Below are positions 23,213 to 35,623 of a stretch of DNA of 64,000 bases, piece by piece. A program made the position numbers and the translations under genes. The stretch lies in assembly GCA_964106645.2 (NCBI GenBank), contig OZ067046.1; one strand, 5' to 3'. Numbering within the stretch: position 1 is the first letter of the stretch; the number at the start of each line of letters is the position of its first letter. The notes below the pieces were generated by a model. It worked only from the letters and a program-made list of their open reading frames with translations, made no database searches and was not told the origin of the DNA. The stretch is from Podarcis pityusensis. Lineage: Eukaryota.

Positions 23213-26200
23213 TGGAACATAATTCTGCTCATGCACATGCTCTTCATGGATGGGTTCACAGTGCTGCAACCAGTCCGAGCTGCTGGGGGGCCACTCCCCA
23301 CCTCACTGGAAAGGCAAAGGGATAGGTGGAGAAAGGAGAAATACAACCTTAGGAATGAGTGGTGGTGAGCTGGTTGTTCCAACTGACACTCCCCCCCTCC
23401 CCCGCTTTGAGGGAAGCATAGTCTGTCAGGAATTCGGCCTACACTCGAGTAGGACTCTGGCAGAGACACATGCCCAACTGGCATGTTCTCTCCCTCCTGG
23501 TCTTTTGTTCGGGAGCTTCAAAAGCTTTCTTCTGCCTGAACATTACAGCGACCAATGCCAACAGACATCAGCACACTTAGGGATCCGCAGAATTTGCGCA
23601 CCATGCATGTGACAGGCCTCAGCAAAACAAAGGACAATAGTCCCACTTCACGGAACACAGTAACACAAACATCCTGTCTCCGTCACTTCCCACTCTGTGG
23701 AGTCAAAACATACACCTTCATGTGAAAGACAACAATCCCATGACTGCAACCATGGAGCAGGAATTCTAACATAGTCTTGTTCCCAGTTCCAGTGTCTCTG
23801 CTGTGGGATAGTATCCACTGCCCCTTGGGTTGTGAACCAGTGACTGCCCTGCCTGATTTGTAGGGGGGCAAGGAGAGTGGGCTTTCTGAGGTGCAGCCAG
23901 TTAAGCGTGGGGAAGGGCTTTGGCTCAGTTGGTAGAGCGAATGCTCTGCCTTCTAGGGCTGAGCGATGCCAGCTTTTTAACATCCTGATGCATCACCAGC
24001 TAAACATCGTGATATAGTGACACATTGCAATGTTGAAAGGGAAGGAGCATCATTTGGCTTTGGCCCCGCGTGGCACCGGCATGAAGCCAAATTGCCTCAG
24101 TCAGCTCTCCCCACAACCTGCACCCAACACAGAGGGAGGGGAATCGGCCCTGGTCCCCTGCGAGGCACTGCGGTGAAGCCAAACCGCTGCTGCCAGCGCC
24201 TGGCGCAGGGAGGAAGGAGGCAGTCAGAGAAGGTAAGGCAAGACGCCGGGTGTCAGGCAAGCCTCACCCGCAATGTACTGCCAGGTGAAGGCACCATTGT
24301 GCTCTGGCCCTCAAACCAGGCCTGGACCACATATCAATGCAAGCACTCCAGGTTCAGTCCCTGCAGCTCCCGGTAGGGCTGGGAATATTCTCTGGCAGTG
24401 GCTCTCCAGGTTCTCCGGCAGCTAGTTGGGCCAGGGATCTGCTTCCGCAGCCGTCCTCCACCCTCCCTCTTTGCTTCCTCTGGCCCCTCCTGCTTCTGCC
24501 GCCTTGCTCCTCCAGCTCCTCCTGGGAGACGATTTGACAAGCTGCCACTTTTTCGTCTGCGCCCTTTTCTCCCCCAGCCGGGGAGCCGTGAGAACTTGGC
24601 ATATGTTCGCCATCAATATGGGAACAGACAGCCCTTGTTCTGAATGCGGAGCAGGGTTAGGGAGTTCATGGATGTACAAGCTATCAAAACCCTCTTAACT
24701 TTTGTGTATGCATGTGTGAGAGTGTAGAATCTGTGACTTAAACTGAAGTGGCATGACTGCAGGGGGCGCGGGGATGGTTTGCCCGTCGCTTCTCAGCGCG
24801 GGAAACAAAAAAGGAACTAATTTGTCTCTCTGCAAGCTGCCCCCTCCCTGCTTCCTTTTCCTTGCTCTGCTTATTTTGTAAGCAGAAGACAGGCGTGCCA
24901 AGTGTGCATGTAACACCTCTGAGCATACTCCCTGGGTGGTGTAGGTCAGGTGCAAATTGCCAATGTGGTTTAGTCGGGACCCTGACCCTATGCCAGGGAT
25001 GTGGGGAGAAGGACTGGCCATTTGGGTTGTCTGGCTCAGGTGCCAAAAACTCTGGGGCTGCGCCCGCACAGCGGTTTTAATTCCCAGTCATCTGTGTGTA
25101 GGGACGGACACACCCACATGAGCTGCATTATGTGAATATTGTACAAATGGTCAAGGGCACCGCTTTGTTAGAAAATTAGGCAGATTTGTATCCTACCCCA
25201 ATTTCACGCTCTTGGGAATTGCAAGGAGAGGAGCAGCTTCCACAAGCACGTTCCTCGCTAATTTTTACATGGTCCTTTTATGGCAATGTGCAGTGGCGTG
25301 CCCCAATGGGCACTGTGAGGCAGAGGGGAGACCAGAGCCTTATTTGCTGCATTGCAAGAACAGCAGTCAAGGAAGAGGATCTGCTCCGCCCCCTTCAGGC
25401 CAAAGGGAAGAATCTCTGGGATGCATCCCTTCTGGACAAGTGGCCAAGGGAGCCATCCACTCCCCACCTGCTCCTTTAGCAGCTCTGTGGCCTATTGCTG
25501 CGGCTGGTGGGAATTGTGGCCCTCAGATATTTGGGGCAGCATCCCCACCCTGCCTATGGAGTAACAGATTGGGGGGAAAGGAGCCTGGTTCCTCCCCAGT
25601 GTTTGCCAGTTCTTCTCAGCAGGCCTCCCACCCCCAAATTGCTCCTTGCTTCCTTGCCACCCAGTTGTTCAGGCAGGGCTGGATCCTGTGGGGAACCGGA
25701 TTTCGGAGCACCCCAGAGCTTTTTCTGCATGGAGATGGTGGCTGTGCAGGCAAACGCCACGTGCGAATTGGCCCTCGACTGCTTAACTTACTAGCGGCCC
25801 ACCAAATAGTAGGAAATGGGTCATTTTAGTCAGCAAGGGTCTCTCACTTTCCTTTTGTGCCTGGCCAACTGGCAGGTCAGATTAAGCTAATTGCATCCTA
25901 GGCGAACGTCTTGCAGCTGGACTCATTTTGGAACAGTAGTCTCAATTAGTATATTTCCTGCAGTGCATAAGAAGGAAAAGAGAGAGCGATTTACCCAGTA
26001 GGAATGACGTCTTTCTAAGCCAACGCGTGACTAGCAGCCTAAAGGAGTGGTTCCCCCCCCCTTCCCAACCACCCCCCTCTTTTATATTCCAGCTAGCCGG
26101 TGGGCAGCCATTTTGGTTTTGCATCTGGTAGCCCTTTGCTTCACAAGGGCCAGTGTGGCAAGTTGACCCTCTAAGGCTTATCAGCTTGTTTTGTCATTAG

Positions 26201-28407
26201 ATACCTGTGAAATACAGCTCTCTCTTTTTGGCAGAGTTGCTCCGAATCAGATTTAGAGCTGAGCTTTCTTCATCCACTTATTCCGAGAAGAATATTGCTT
26301 TGAAGTAGCTTTTATAATCGGCAGGTGTGAATGATCTAAGATTAGCAAAGCTTGTAAGCTGCTTGGCAATTTAACATTCTGTACTGAGGAAATAAAACCA
26401 GATTTCTGGCGCAATCTATCTAGTAGCGTGTAGGTCCTCATGTAATCTTGGAGCTGGGTATAACCAGGAAGTCACCTGGCAGTATGACCCACTGCTGCAA
26501 AACAAGACCCTCCCAATGTCTGTATCTGAGCACTATGCACTTTTAGCAAAGCCAATGAGGTCCACGGCCTCAGGGTGTGTGGATAGCAGATCGCTCCAAG
26601 TAATCCAAGCGGAGTCAGAAGAGCTTGATTTCCCCCTATGAACACACCGTTGTGGGTCCCTGCCAAACTCCCCCACCCCACCCCACCAAATCCCGCCTCT
26701 TCTCTGTCCTGTACTGGCTTTCTGTCCCTGCCCACCAGCCAGTTCAGGTCCTTTCTTTCAGCTGGTCTCTGTCTTCATCAGCTCTCCTCTTCTTCTCATT
26801 AATTTTGCTGGGAGCAGCCTCAGCAGCTGATGATCCTTCTCTCACTTTTGCTCCTTCTCCTGTGTTGATCTTGATGGACCAAAACTAGACGTGACTATTA
26901 AAAAACCCCATACACACACAAGAGAACATACCATACCAGAGGGATGGTTTTTGGCTTATTAAACCTTTCCCCCTTTTGTCTTCATTCTATTAAAAATTCT
27001 ACTTCCCCTCAAGCAGTTCTTCTCAACCCCCCACCCCATAAAGGAAGATACAGCAGTGCTTGTATTGTTACCCCTGAAGAGGGAGGCTGGGAGTGTAATA
27101 TCCCTTGGTCAGGTCACCCTTAATAAAGGTACTGACTATCTGGGGATTGTGGTTTCCCCCCCCCCCCAAACGGCTAACATTCAGATTCCTGTGTTTTTTG
27201 CACATGCATCACGTCCAGTGTGTCGTTCGCAGAATCACACCACCTCCGAGTTTTCAGTGTTTGGTTTGGGGCAGCATTATGAATTGGGTGAATTAGATTC
27301 GCCTTGATTTCTGCTTTTTGTAATCTTCCTTTATGAATGCTTCGGTAGGAGGGGAGTGCTGTCTTGAGGAATTTGCAAGGGTTTTCAAAAGATGAGCTGA
27401 TGATGCAATCTCCCCATCTCTGGAGATCCCCTGGACTCCGTAGCCTTCCCCAAACTTGTGGCAGCAGGGTGTCTCTTCTTCCCTTCCTCTCCCTCCTTCT
27501 CTCCATCTTTCCAGTGCCTAGCATGCTGCAATGGTCGCATCCCTGGTAATGGAAGCTCTGGCAAATCTACTTCTCCAGGGTTCCTACATCCTGAGGAAGG
27601 GAGGGGGAAACAGAGGGGACTGGAAACCTTGCTGCTAAGCTGCAAATTTCGAAGGGGGGGGGATCTGGAGATCTAGCTGGTAGACAGAAGGGATGGTGGT
27701 GACCGGATCCTGCTTCAAGGCAGTATGAGCCCAGGCTCAAATTTGGATGTATCTGGGGCTCACCTCAGATGAAGCACTTCAGACTGGGGGGAGAGTAGCC
27801 TTCTGAACTTACGAGTCCTCCCCTTTAATAAACAAAAGGACCCCTTCCTCTGCAGCGTTTTAAAAACACGCCTCTAAGGCTACCGGTTCACTCGATGCAA
27901 GCCGTGTTGGTGAGCAGGTGTGGAGCAGATTCTAATGTGCAGGGACATCAGAGCAAAAGGAGGCAAACTGTTCTTGGCTTCTGTGTTCCACTTGGTGCCT
28001 CTGCTGACATCACCTTGCTTTTTAATTCATGGAAAGGAACACGCTGCCCTTTGAACACCTGGCAGGGGGACGCTGTTGCCCACCACGAAGAGCTGGAGAT
28101 TATGCGGGCAGCTGAGGTGTGCAAAACGGATTAGCTCCGCTAAAATTTCACTTTATTCTAAAAAGGCTCCTTAGATACAGGAGCGGTAGGAGGAAACAAA
28201 CCTTTGTTGTTTAATGAATTCTTTCTAGCTAGCTTAGCAAGGCATGGAGGTAGACAGTTTTTGCAAACCTGGGACCAACTTTTCCTGGTAGGTGCAGCAG
28301 AGCGGTGACTGTGATGACCTCTGGGTGATTCTGCTTGTAGGGTTTCAAAGGGTGGGGCCGGGATTTCAGCTCGTGCATTTTCTACGCTCGCAAGTGGGGC
28401 AGGGCTG

Positions 28408-28726
28408 TGAAGGAGAGTCTCTACCCCCATCGTTCAGCCCAGACACTGAGGTCCAGCGGCGAGGGCCTTCTGGCGATTCCCTCGCTGCAAGAAGCCAAGT
28501 TACAGGGAACAAGGCAGAGGGCCTTCTCTGTAGTGGCACCCACCCTGTGGAACGCCCTCCCACTAGATGTCAAAGAGACAAACAACTACCAGACTTTTAG
28601 AAAACATCTGAAGGCATCCCTGTTTAGGGAAGCTTTTAATGTTTGACATACTATTGTATTTTAATATTTTGTTGGAAGCCGCCCAGAGTGGCTGGGGAAA
28701 CTCAGCCAGATGGGCGGGGTATAAAT

Positions 28727-28764
<38 letters not shown>

Positions 28765-28785
28765 TATTGTTGTTGTTGTTGTTAC
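28408..28785 (+). mobile_element. L2-clade LINE 3' fragment with (AAT)n tail
   Basis: HRSAQTLRSSGEGLLAIPSLQEAKLQGTRQRAFSVVAPTLWNALP. Confidence 0.88.
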
Positions 28786-29935
28786 TGCATGGGGGGATTT
28801 AATGGACATGGTTGGAGAAGAAGTGTGTGGAAGATTTTCCCCCTGGGTTCATGTTCAGTGGTCATTCTGTATTTTTATTTTTTTAAGTGTTTGGCCCTGC
28901 CTATCACCATTAATTGGATTTGAAAAAGGATAACCCAATTCACTTATTCATCTGGTGTTTCGCAATACTTAATTAGGACTGATTATCGCTCTCAGAACGA
29001 GTATGGGGAATCTGTTTTTTTGTTGTTGGCGTCTATTTTTATAAAGAATGTGTTTATCAATCCCTAGACCTTGCGACTTGGTGAATTTATGTGAAGAAAA
29101 GTAATGGGGCAGAACGGAAAGTTCCCCCCAAGGTATCTCAGCACGCTTCCACGGCATCTTGCGAAATGACACCCCTAAGAAGGGGGCGGGGGAGTGTCAG
29201 ACAGGCCACCTAAGTTTAGTAGGAAGCTTGGTCTGGGCAGAGATCCAAGAAACCTGTTCTGTCACTGTGGGAGCTGGGCTATCTAGTTAGCCTTCCTGTT
29301 CCTGGGAGAGGGAGTCAAAGCAAAGGCTCTTGGACCACACTAACAGCCTCTTGGGTGCGGAAGCGGGAGGCCTTCTTCAGCTCTGTGGCGTTAGCCATAC
29401 CGTTGAGAAGAGTAGGTACCTGCAGGTTGGGCATGGGAAGATGAACTCAATGGAGTTCCCCTTCAGTTGTGACTCACCTGATGAGATGCACATTAAGAAA
29501 ACAAGAGCCTAAGGAGAGATTGGTGGATCAGGCCAACGGCCCACATAGTCCAGCATCCTGTTCCCACAGTGGCCAACCAGATGCCTATGGGAAACCTGCA
29601 AACAGGTCCCCTTCCTGTGGTTTCCAGAAACTGGTCTTTGAATGAATGTAGTGCGTTTCTCATTTCCTTTGCAGAAACAGGGATTCATACATTACCTGGG
29701 GGTTAGGGATGCTGTGAGGGTTGCATGTTCTTTTAGTAGGGAAGGCTTGTCCTTAAGTATTTTCGTCTTCATTCTCTATTACAAGGAATGCACCTAAACC
29801 AAAGTAGCCTAAAAAATAAACATGCTATCGTAACTCTGTCCTTTAATATCAATTAAAATGTTAATGAAGATCATGTACATGTAAGTTGCTTGCTTGAACA
29901 GCTGGACCATTGGCTTTCTCTCCTTTCCCTGAAAC

Positions 29936-30068
29936 CAGTGTCCTTCAGCCTTAGCTCCTCAGATGCTGTTGGACTACAACTTCCATCGTCCATGACCATT
30001 GGCTACGTTGGCTGGGGATGGTGGGAGTTGTAGTCCATCATCATCTGAAGAACCAAGGTGGAAGAGCA
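29936..30068. mobile_element. Palindromic hAT-type MITE (old)
   Basis: cagtgtccttcagcctt ... aaggtggaagagcact ends; actacaact/gagttgtagt inner inverted repeat. Confidence 0.6.
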
Positions 30069-32019
30069 CTAATCTAAACCGTGGTGTGGAATGCCTGCTC
30101 TGCTCCCATTTGGTCTGTCCATTTGGACCCTTTCAGCCAAGCCATGCCCACCTGCCCTACAGGTAGGGCAGGTAAACAAGTGGTGCTCTACTGAAAGTGG
30201 AGTTAGCAGGCTCTGCCATGAGCTGGTGGGCCTTTGACTGCTTGGTTTGATTTCAAAGGAAAACTGGTTACTTGGTTGGGTGATTGGCACCTAGGGGGCC
30301 TGTCCACCTGTTAAAGTTGGCCTGTAGGGGAGGCAAAGATCCAGTCCGCTGGCCGGATTCCAATTCCCCATCCTTCCTCTTCTACACTGTTTATATATAC
30401 TCGTCTCCTCTTTCTCTTTCCTCTTCTTTCTGTCTATTTCTCTCTCCATGCTGGATGCCACCATGGGCAATGTATTACTTGGAGTTGCCTGGCACTGCAT
30501 GCCCATTAGTTCTAGTAATTGAGTTCCGGCAGAATATATGGTGCAAGTTTGTTCTCCACTGCTTTTGTAAGAAAAGAATTATTTTGAACTTTAGCAACTC
30601 TATAGGGAGTGGAGATTCCAGGGCACAGGCTGCTGTAAATATCAGCCTCCCTGTGGTAGACAGCAAAATGCTTTGCAGGGACTAATCCATCAGTGTGTTT
30701 GTTATCCGTTTAATACTAGAGATGCGTAAAGGCACTAATTTTGGTTTTTCTCTCTGTCACTGCCTTGTTAGGCATTTGTTAACTTAATGGTGACTTTGGT
30801 TCCTTCTCCCTTTCTTTTAACATCTTTAGTTTCTGTTTGGCTCAGAAGTACTGCATTATAATGCCTCACCTAACGAAAAAGGCAATAATTGCTCCGTTTA
30901 GGACGTCATAAAAAGAATTTGCTTGAAGCTGAAACTTTATAAGCAACAAAACGTACCAGCCGCTAAGCAGAACGGTGTTTTCCTTTCCATTCCTTTTGTA
31001 ATTGCTTCTCTGATAGTTTGCTCACACAAAGACCCAAGTTTCCGTGCCTTGTTCCCAGCTACTTTGCCGTTGAGAACACTCTGCTACTTTTAATAGATGT
31101 TGAAATACAGCTCCTTAGTACCTTTTCGATTTAATTACATGCCCCATTAAAATGAGCTGCTGATCTATCAAAGTGAAATATAGATGGAAACACTTTCCAG
31201 TTTATTTTCTTACCTTTTCGACCACAGGGTCTTGGAGCCCTGCTAAGTGCAAGTTAGACATGTTTCAGGAGCCGCACAGAAGAAACCAGCATGACAGAGC
31301 AGAGGGCTAGAGATTTGCGGCATGAGCTTGAGAGAGAAAAATGAATTTCATACTCAGGAATGCCACCTGTGTCTGTGATTTTTGGGAAGCCCTGGGGAGC
31401 TGCTGCCAGCCAGTGTAGGTAATACTGAGCTAGGCAGACCCAGTGGTCTGACTCTGTATAAGGCAGCTTCCTGTGCTCCCAGGAGTTGCCTTGTACCTGA
31501 GGATGGGGAACTTGTCGCCCTCCAAGCGTTCGTTCTGCTCCAGCTCCCAGAGCTAGTAATTCAGATGCTCTTTTTCGGTATTACTCTTCCTTCTGCACCC
31601 TGCCGTCGCCCTCCTCCCCGGTTATGCAAAGGCACGGATGAACCTTGGCTTCTGCTGTGCCTGCTAAAAAGTATTGGCTGAATTGATTCTGGGAATGTGT
31701 GCACACAAACCTGTATTTAACCACGGAGAGATCGCTTAAAGTAAGCTGAGCAAAGATAAATAAATCAGATGCACGAAAACACAGCTGCTGATTGCTTTCC
31801 CTTGACTTTAAAAATAAAAAAAGGGATGCCGCCTCTGTTCCATTCTGTGAGCTCTTCTTATCACCCCTTGCGTTTGTTCTGTCCAGGTATAGCACATCAC
31901 GGAGTTGGTGGCTACAGATTGGATTGCGGTTTGGTTGAAGATTAGAGGTCAGCTCCTAAGCTGGCAAAATCAGGTGAAACTGGCATGAAGTAAATTATGC
32001 TCTCTTTTCTCCCCCGCAG

Positions 32020-32134
32020 ACGGTCCCCAAACCCATAGCGTTGGAGCCCTGTTTTGGCAACAAAGCTGCTGTTCTTTCGGTGTTTGTGAGGTTGCCACGA
32101 GGCCTGGGAGGTATCCCCCCACCAGGGCAATCAG
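32020..32134 (+). CDS. ATRN: Attractin penultimate coding exon
   Basis: ctcttttctcccccgcAG acceptor, GTAAGC donor at 32135; 115 nt, TVPKPIALEPCFGNKAAVLSVFVRLPRGLGGIPPPGQS + G. Confidence 0.97.
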
Positions 32135-32514
32135 GTAAGCAACTACTGCCCTTCCACAGGCATGGTGCCCTTCTGTTGTTTTGCAGTATGCTGGCAGTTG
32201 TCGTCCAGTAACACTGGGAGGGCTGGCCCCATCCAAAGCCATTTGATGTCTAAGACCACCTGGCCCTTTTTCGCTTTTCTTTCCTTGGGGCCACTTTAAA
32301 CGCAACTCATTCCTTTCAGAGCACCTCCACGTGGATGGCTGCTTGTGCCGATTTGCACGCCCATGTACGGGAATTGCAATGGGTTGGTAGAACTGCATCC
32401 GCTTAAAGGCATATAACTGACATGTTGTACGCCCCGGCACATGGAAGCAAGTGCTGCTGTTGGTACAGAGACACTCATTTTCTGCATGTGCTTCCTGTCC
32501 TGTTAAGAGTGCTT

Positions 32515-32990
32515 GTTGTTGGCACCCGTCTGTCTCGAAAGACAGTGGAATTCACTTCCGTAGAAGTCAAACCGCATCATTAGAAGTAACCAAAGAGACC
32601 TCCCTGGGGCGCAAGCCTGGGCAGTGTTTGTGAAGGTTTTGGGCTGCCCAGACCACAAGACTCTCCTCTCAGCCTTGGTGCAAAGGAAAGCAGTGCAATG
32701 CATTTTGCACCAACTTGGCTGCAGGAGTTGTTGAAAGGAGGTGTACAAGGCACCATCCAACCATCTTAGCGGATCCACTCTGGATTTGTGTAGGCTTTAC
32801 CCGTTAGCCTTTTCTTCTCCCGAAGATATCCTGCAAGGAAATGGAGACTTAGGATAAGAGTTCTCCTTCTCCTAGATGAGCTGTCTTCCCAGGTTGACGA
32901 GCCCCATCTGCCCCTCACTTCCCTCAACAGCATATGCAGAAACCGTTGTTTAGTCTTGTCTTTTCACCGAAGCCTGTCTATGCACGCAGG
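32515..32990 (-). mobile_element. Non-autonomous RTE-derived retroposon (second copy)
   Basis: Homologous to 19440-19985 (ttgttggcacccgtctgtctcgaaagacagtgga...ttctcctagatg). Confidence 0.55.
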
Positions 32991-33007
32991 GGAAGTCTTA
33001 ACTGCTT

Positions 33008-33678
33008 GCGGACTGCCTCGCCAGAGTGGTGCATGCTCTAGTTATCCCCCGCTTGGACTACTGCAATGCGCCCTACATGGGGCTACCTTTGAAGGTGACC
33101 CGGAAACTGCAATTAATCCAGAATGCGTCAGCTAGACTGGTGACTAGGAGTGGCCACCGGGACCACATAACACCGGTCCTGAGAGATCTGCATTGGCTCC
33201 CAGTACGTTTCCGAGCACAATTCATAGTGTTGGTGCTGACCTTCAAAGCCCTAAACGGCCTCGGTCCAGTATACCTGAAGGAGCGTCTCCACCCCCATCG
33301 TTCAGCCCGGTCACTGAGGTCCAGTGCCGAGGGCCTTCTGGCGGTTCCCTCATTGTGAGAAGTGAGGTTACAGGGAACCAGACAGAGGGCCTTCTCGGTA
33401 GTGGCGCCCTCCCTGTGGAACGCCCTCCCACCAGATGTCAAAGAGAACAACAACTACCAGACTTTTAGAAGACATCTGAAGGCAGCCCTGTTTAGGGAAG
33501 TTTTTAACATTTAATGCTGTATTGTTTTTAACACTCAATTGGGAGCTGCTCAGAGTGGCTGGGGAAGCTCAGCCAGATTGGGGGGGGGGATAAATAAATA
33601 ATAATAATAATAATTATTATTATTATTATTACTATTACTATTACTATTACTATTATTATTATATTTATTTATTTATTA
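33008..33678 (+). mobile_element. L2-clade LINE 3' fragment with (TAT)n tail
   Basis: [56 protein letters not shown]. Confidence 0.9.
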
Positions 33679-33992
33679 ACTTTGCAAGGGCAGAGTCACC
33701 CTGCCTTAAGAGGTGTCTGTAAGCTTTGGGTTCTCTCTGGAACCTCGCGTTGCCATCTTCCACCTCATCTTCTGAATCCTGGCCAAGGGTTGGTCCACCT
33801 TCCACTGAGTGTGGAGACCAGTTGCGTCAGAGGCGGGTGCAAGGAATCTGGCCAGGGTGCGTGGAGCACCAAGAGGCAGAAACCTCCCTGGGTCTCTGGC
33901 CAGTCGAAGTTGGATGGGTGTGGTGATGCTGGCTGGGCTCCCCCGTTCTCCGTTCTGCCTGTAACTCCTTGCTCTCCCCCTTCTCCTTCCAG

Positions 33993-34117
33993 GTCTTGCA
34001 GTAGCTAGTGCGTTGGTGGACATTTCACAACAAATGCCTATTGCCTACAAAGAGAAGTCGGGAGCGGTACGAAGTCGCAAACAGCAGCCTCCAGCCCAGC
34101 CCGGCACCTGTATTTGA
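33993..34117 (+). CDS. ATRN: Attractin terminal coding exon
   Basis: Pyrimidine tract + AG (33991-33992); phase matches previous exon; (G)LAVASALVDISQQMPIAYKEKSGAVRSRKQQPPAQPGTCI then TGA at 34115-34117. Confidence 0.97.
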
Positions 34118-35487
34118 TGCATGGACATCTGAACTGCCTCTTTAGGGTTTTAAACACAAGGGATTACCTGGGAGGAGGACAGAGGTGTGGTTTTTTCTGC
34201 AAGGTTTGTGTCGCAAAGGACACCTCGAAGCACCGGGCGCAAATGTTTCTGGGGAGCATCCAGCCCTTCCTCTTGGCGTTGTCTTAGTTGGCCTTGTTTT
34301 GACATCCACTCCGTCTTAGATTTGCCAATCCCGTCGTGCCCGCCTGGCTCCCACGATTTTGCATCTCCCTCCCCTATCCAGCTAAAGGCCATTGGTTGCG
34401 AATCCATTATCCGTCCGCCTCTACCACTGAAGGTTGGCAGTAGGGAAAAGCCACGGGAAGACAAAGAACACTCGGCTTTTTGTATGTGGAAAGCGCTTTG
34501 TGGTATTTGATTTTCTTCCCCACACCCCTTCCCTGGTTGTACAAGAAAAGCTGCAGCACTTACAGATAATTTTCTGCCCTCGGCAGTTAAACCCCCAGGA
34601 TTTAAGGAGAAGCTAACTCAATTTCCTCCAGGAACCCAGTGTTGTAAAAAATTCTATTTATTTCTCTCTTATTTAGAGCTCTGTTCCAAATACAATACCT
34701 TCATTGGGGCTGGGGTTATGTTTGCCGCTTTATTTTCATCCACCTGACTGTATTAAATCGAGGGATGCTGTTGAATATGGCTGGGTGCTACGCACTGCAG
34801 CACATTGCCAGGGAAAAAAACCAACACCTCCCTTTTCTGGGAAGATTAATGTTTTTCACGTGGATCTATGTGGCAGATCTGTGTGCAAGTGTTCCCAAGG
34901 TTTTAAATAGAACCAAGAAAGCAAAGGGGAATTAGCATAGCTGGCCTCTTGCGTAACTACATTCCTCAGTTACCCTGGGCAATCCGTGGCCTTTTCCGCG
35001 CTGTGCCCAGTTAACAGGCACAGAGCATAAGGACGCTAACCTGTTTCAGGCTGATGGAGCCGTGGTGGTTGTCGGGGGGCCGGGGTGGGGGGCTGGAATG
35101 CTTCCTATTTATTGTCATTTCGCATCGTGCATCTGCTTCCATTCAAGGCAGATGTTCCCTCTTTTGGGCGCCACCCTTCTCCCACACCCCTTTTTATTTT
35201 ACCTCACTTGAGAACGAACGTGGGGAAAACCACTTTCTGCATTACAGCGGATGTGCTCTGAAGAGTGGTCCCTTCTGTTTGAACGGCTTGCATTGCTCAC
35301 TCCTCCCCAAAACCTATCAATAATCCTGCACACCAGGCAAGTGTACTCCTGCTTGGTGCAAGGGTAGGGTCTCAATTAACTCCGAAGCATCCCTTAGCCA
35401 ACCCGGTGACCTCCAGATGTTTGGGACTACAACTCCCATCACGCTGTGCTGGCTGGGGCTGATGGGAGTTGTAGTAAGCATCTGGAG

Positions 35488-35623
35488 CAGCCTTTCTCAA
35501 CCTTGGGTACCCAGATGCTTTTGGACTACAACTCCCATCATCCCTGACCACTGGTCCTGCGAGCTAGGAATCATGGGAGTTGTAGGCCAAAAACATCCCA
35601 GGGCCCAAGGTTGAGAACCACTG
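35488..35623. mobile_element. Palindromic hAT MITE with 8-bp TSD, nested in an older related MITE, within the ATRN 3'UTR
   Basis: TSD ATCTGGAG at 35480-35487 and 35624-35631; arms ttctcaaccttggg / cccaaggttgagaa. Confidence 0.85.

Noticed and set aside
25212-25829. 205-aa plus-strand ORF
   Set aside because: Non-ATG start, GC-rich degenerate repeat sequence, no homology I can recognise.
4385-34117. ATRNL1 rather than ATRN
   Set aside because: Residues QSCW, REMQQ, ETDEEPPDLIGG and the GTCI end match ATRN as I recall it; the neighbouring exon resembles GFRA4, not GFRA1.
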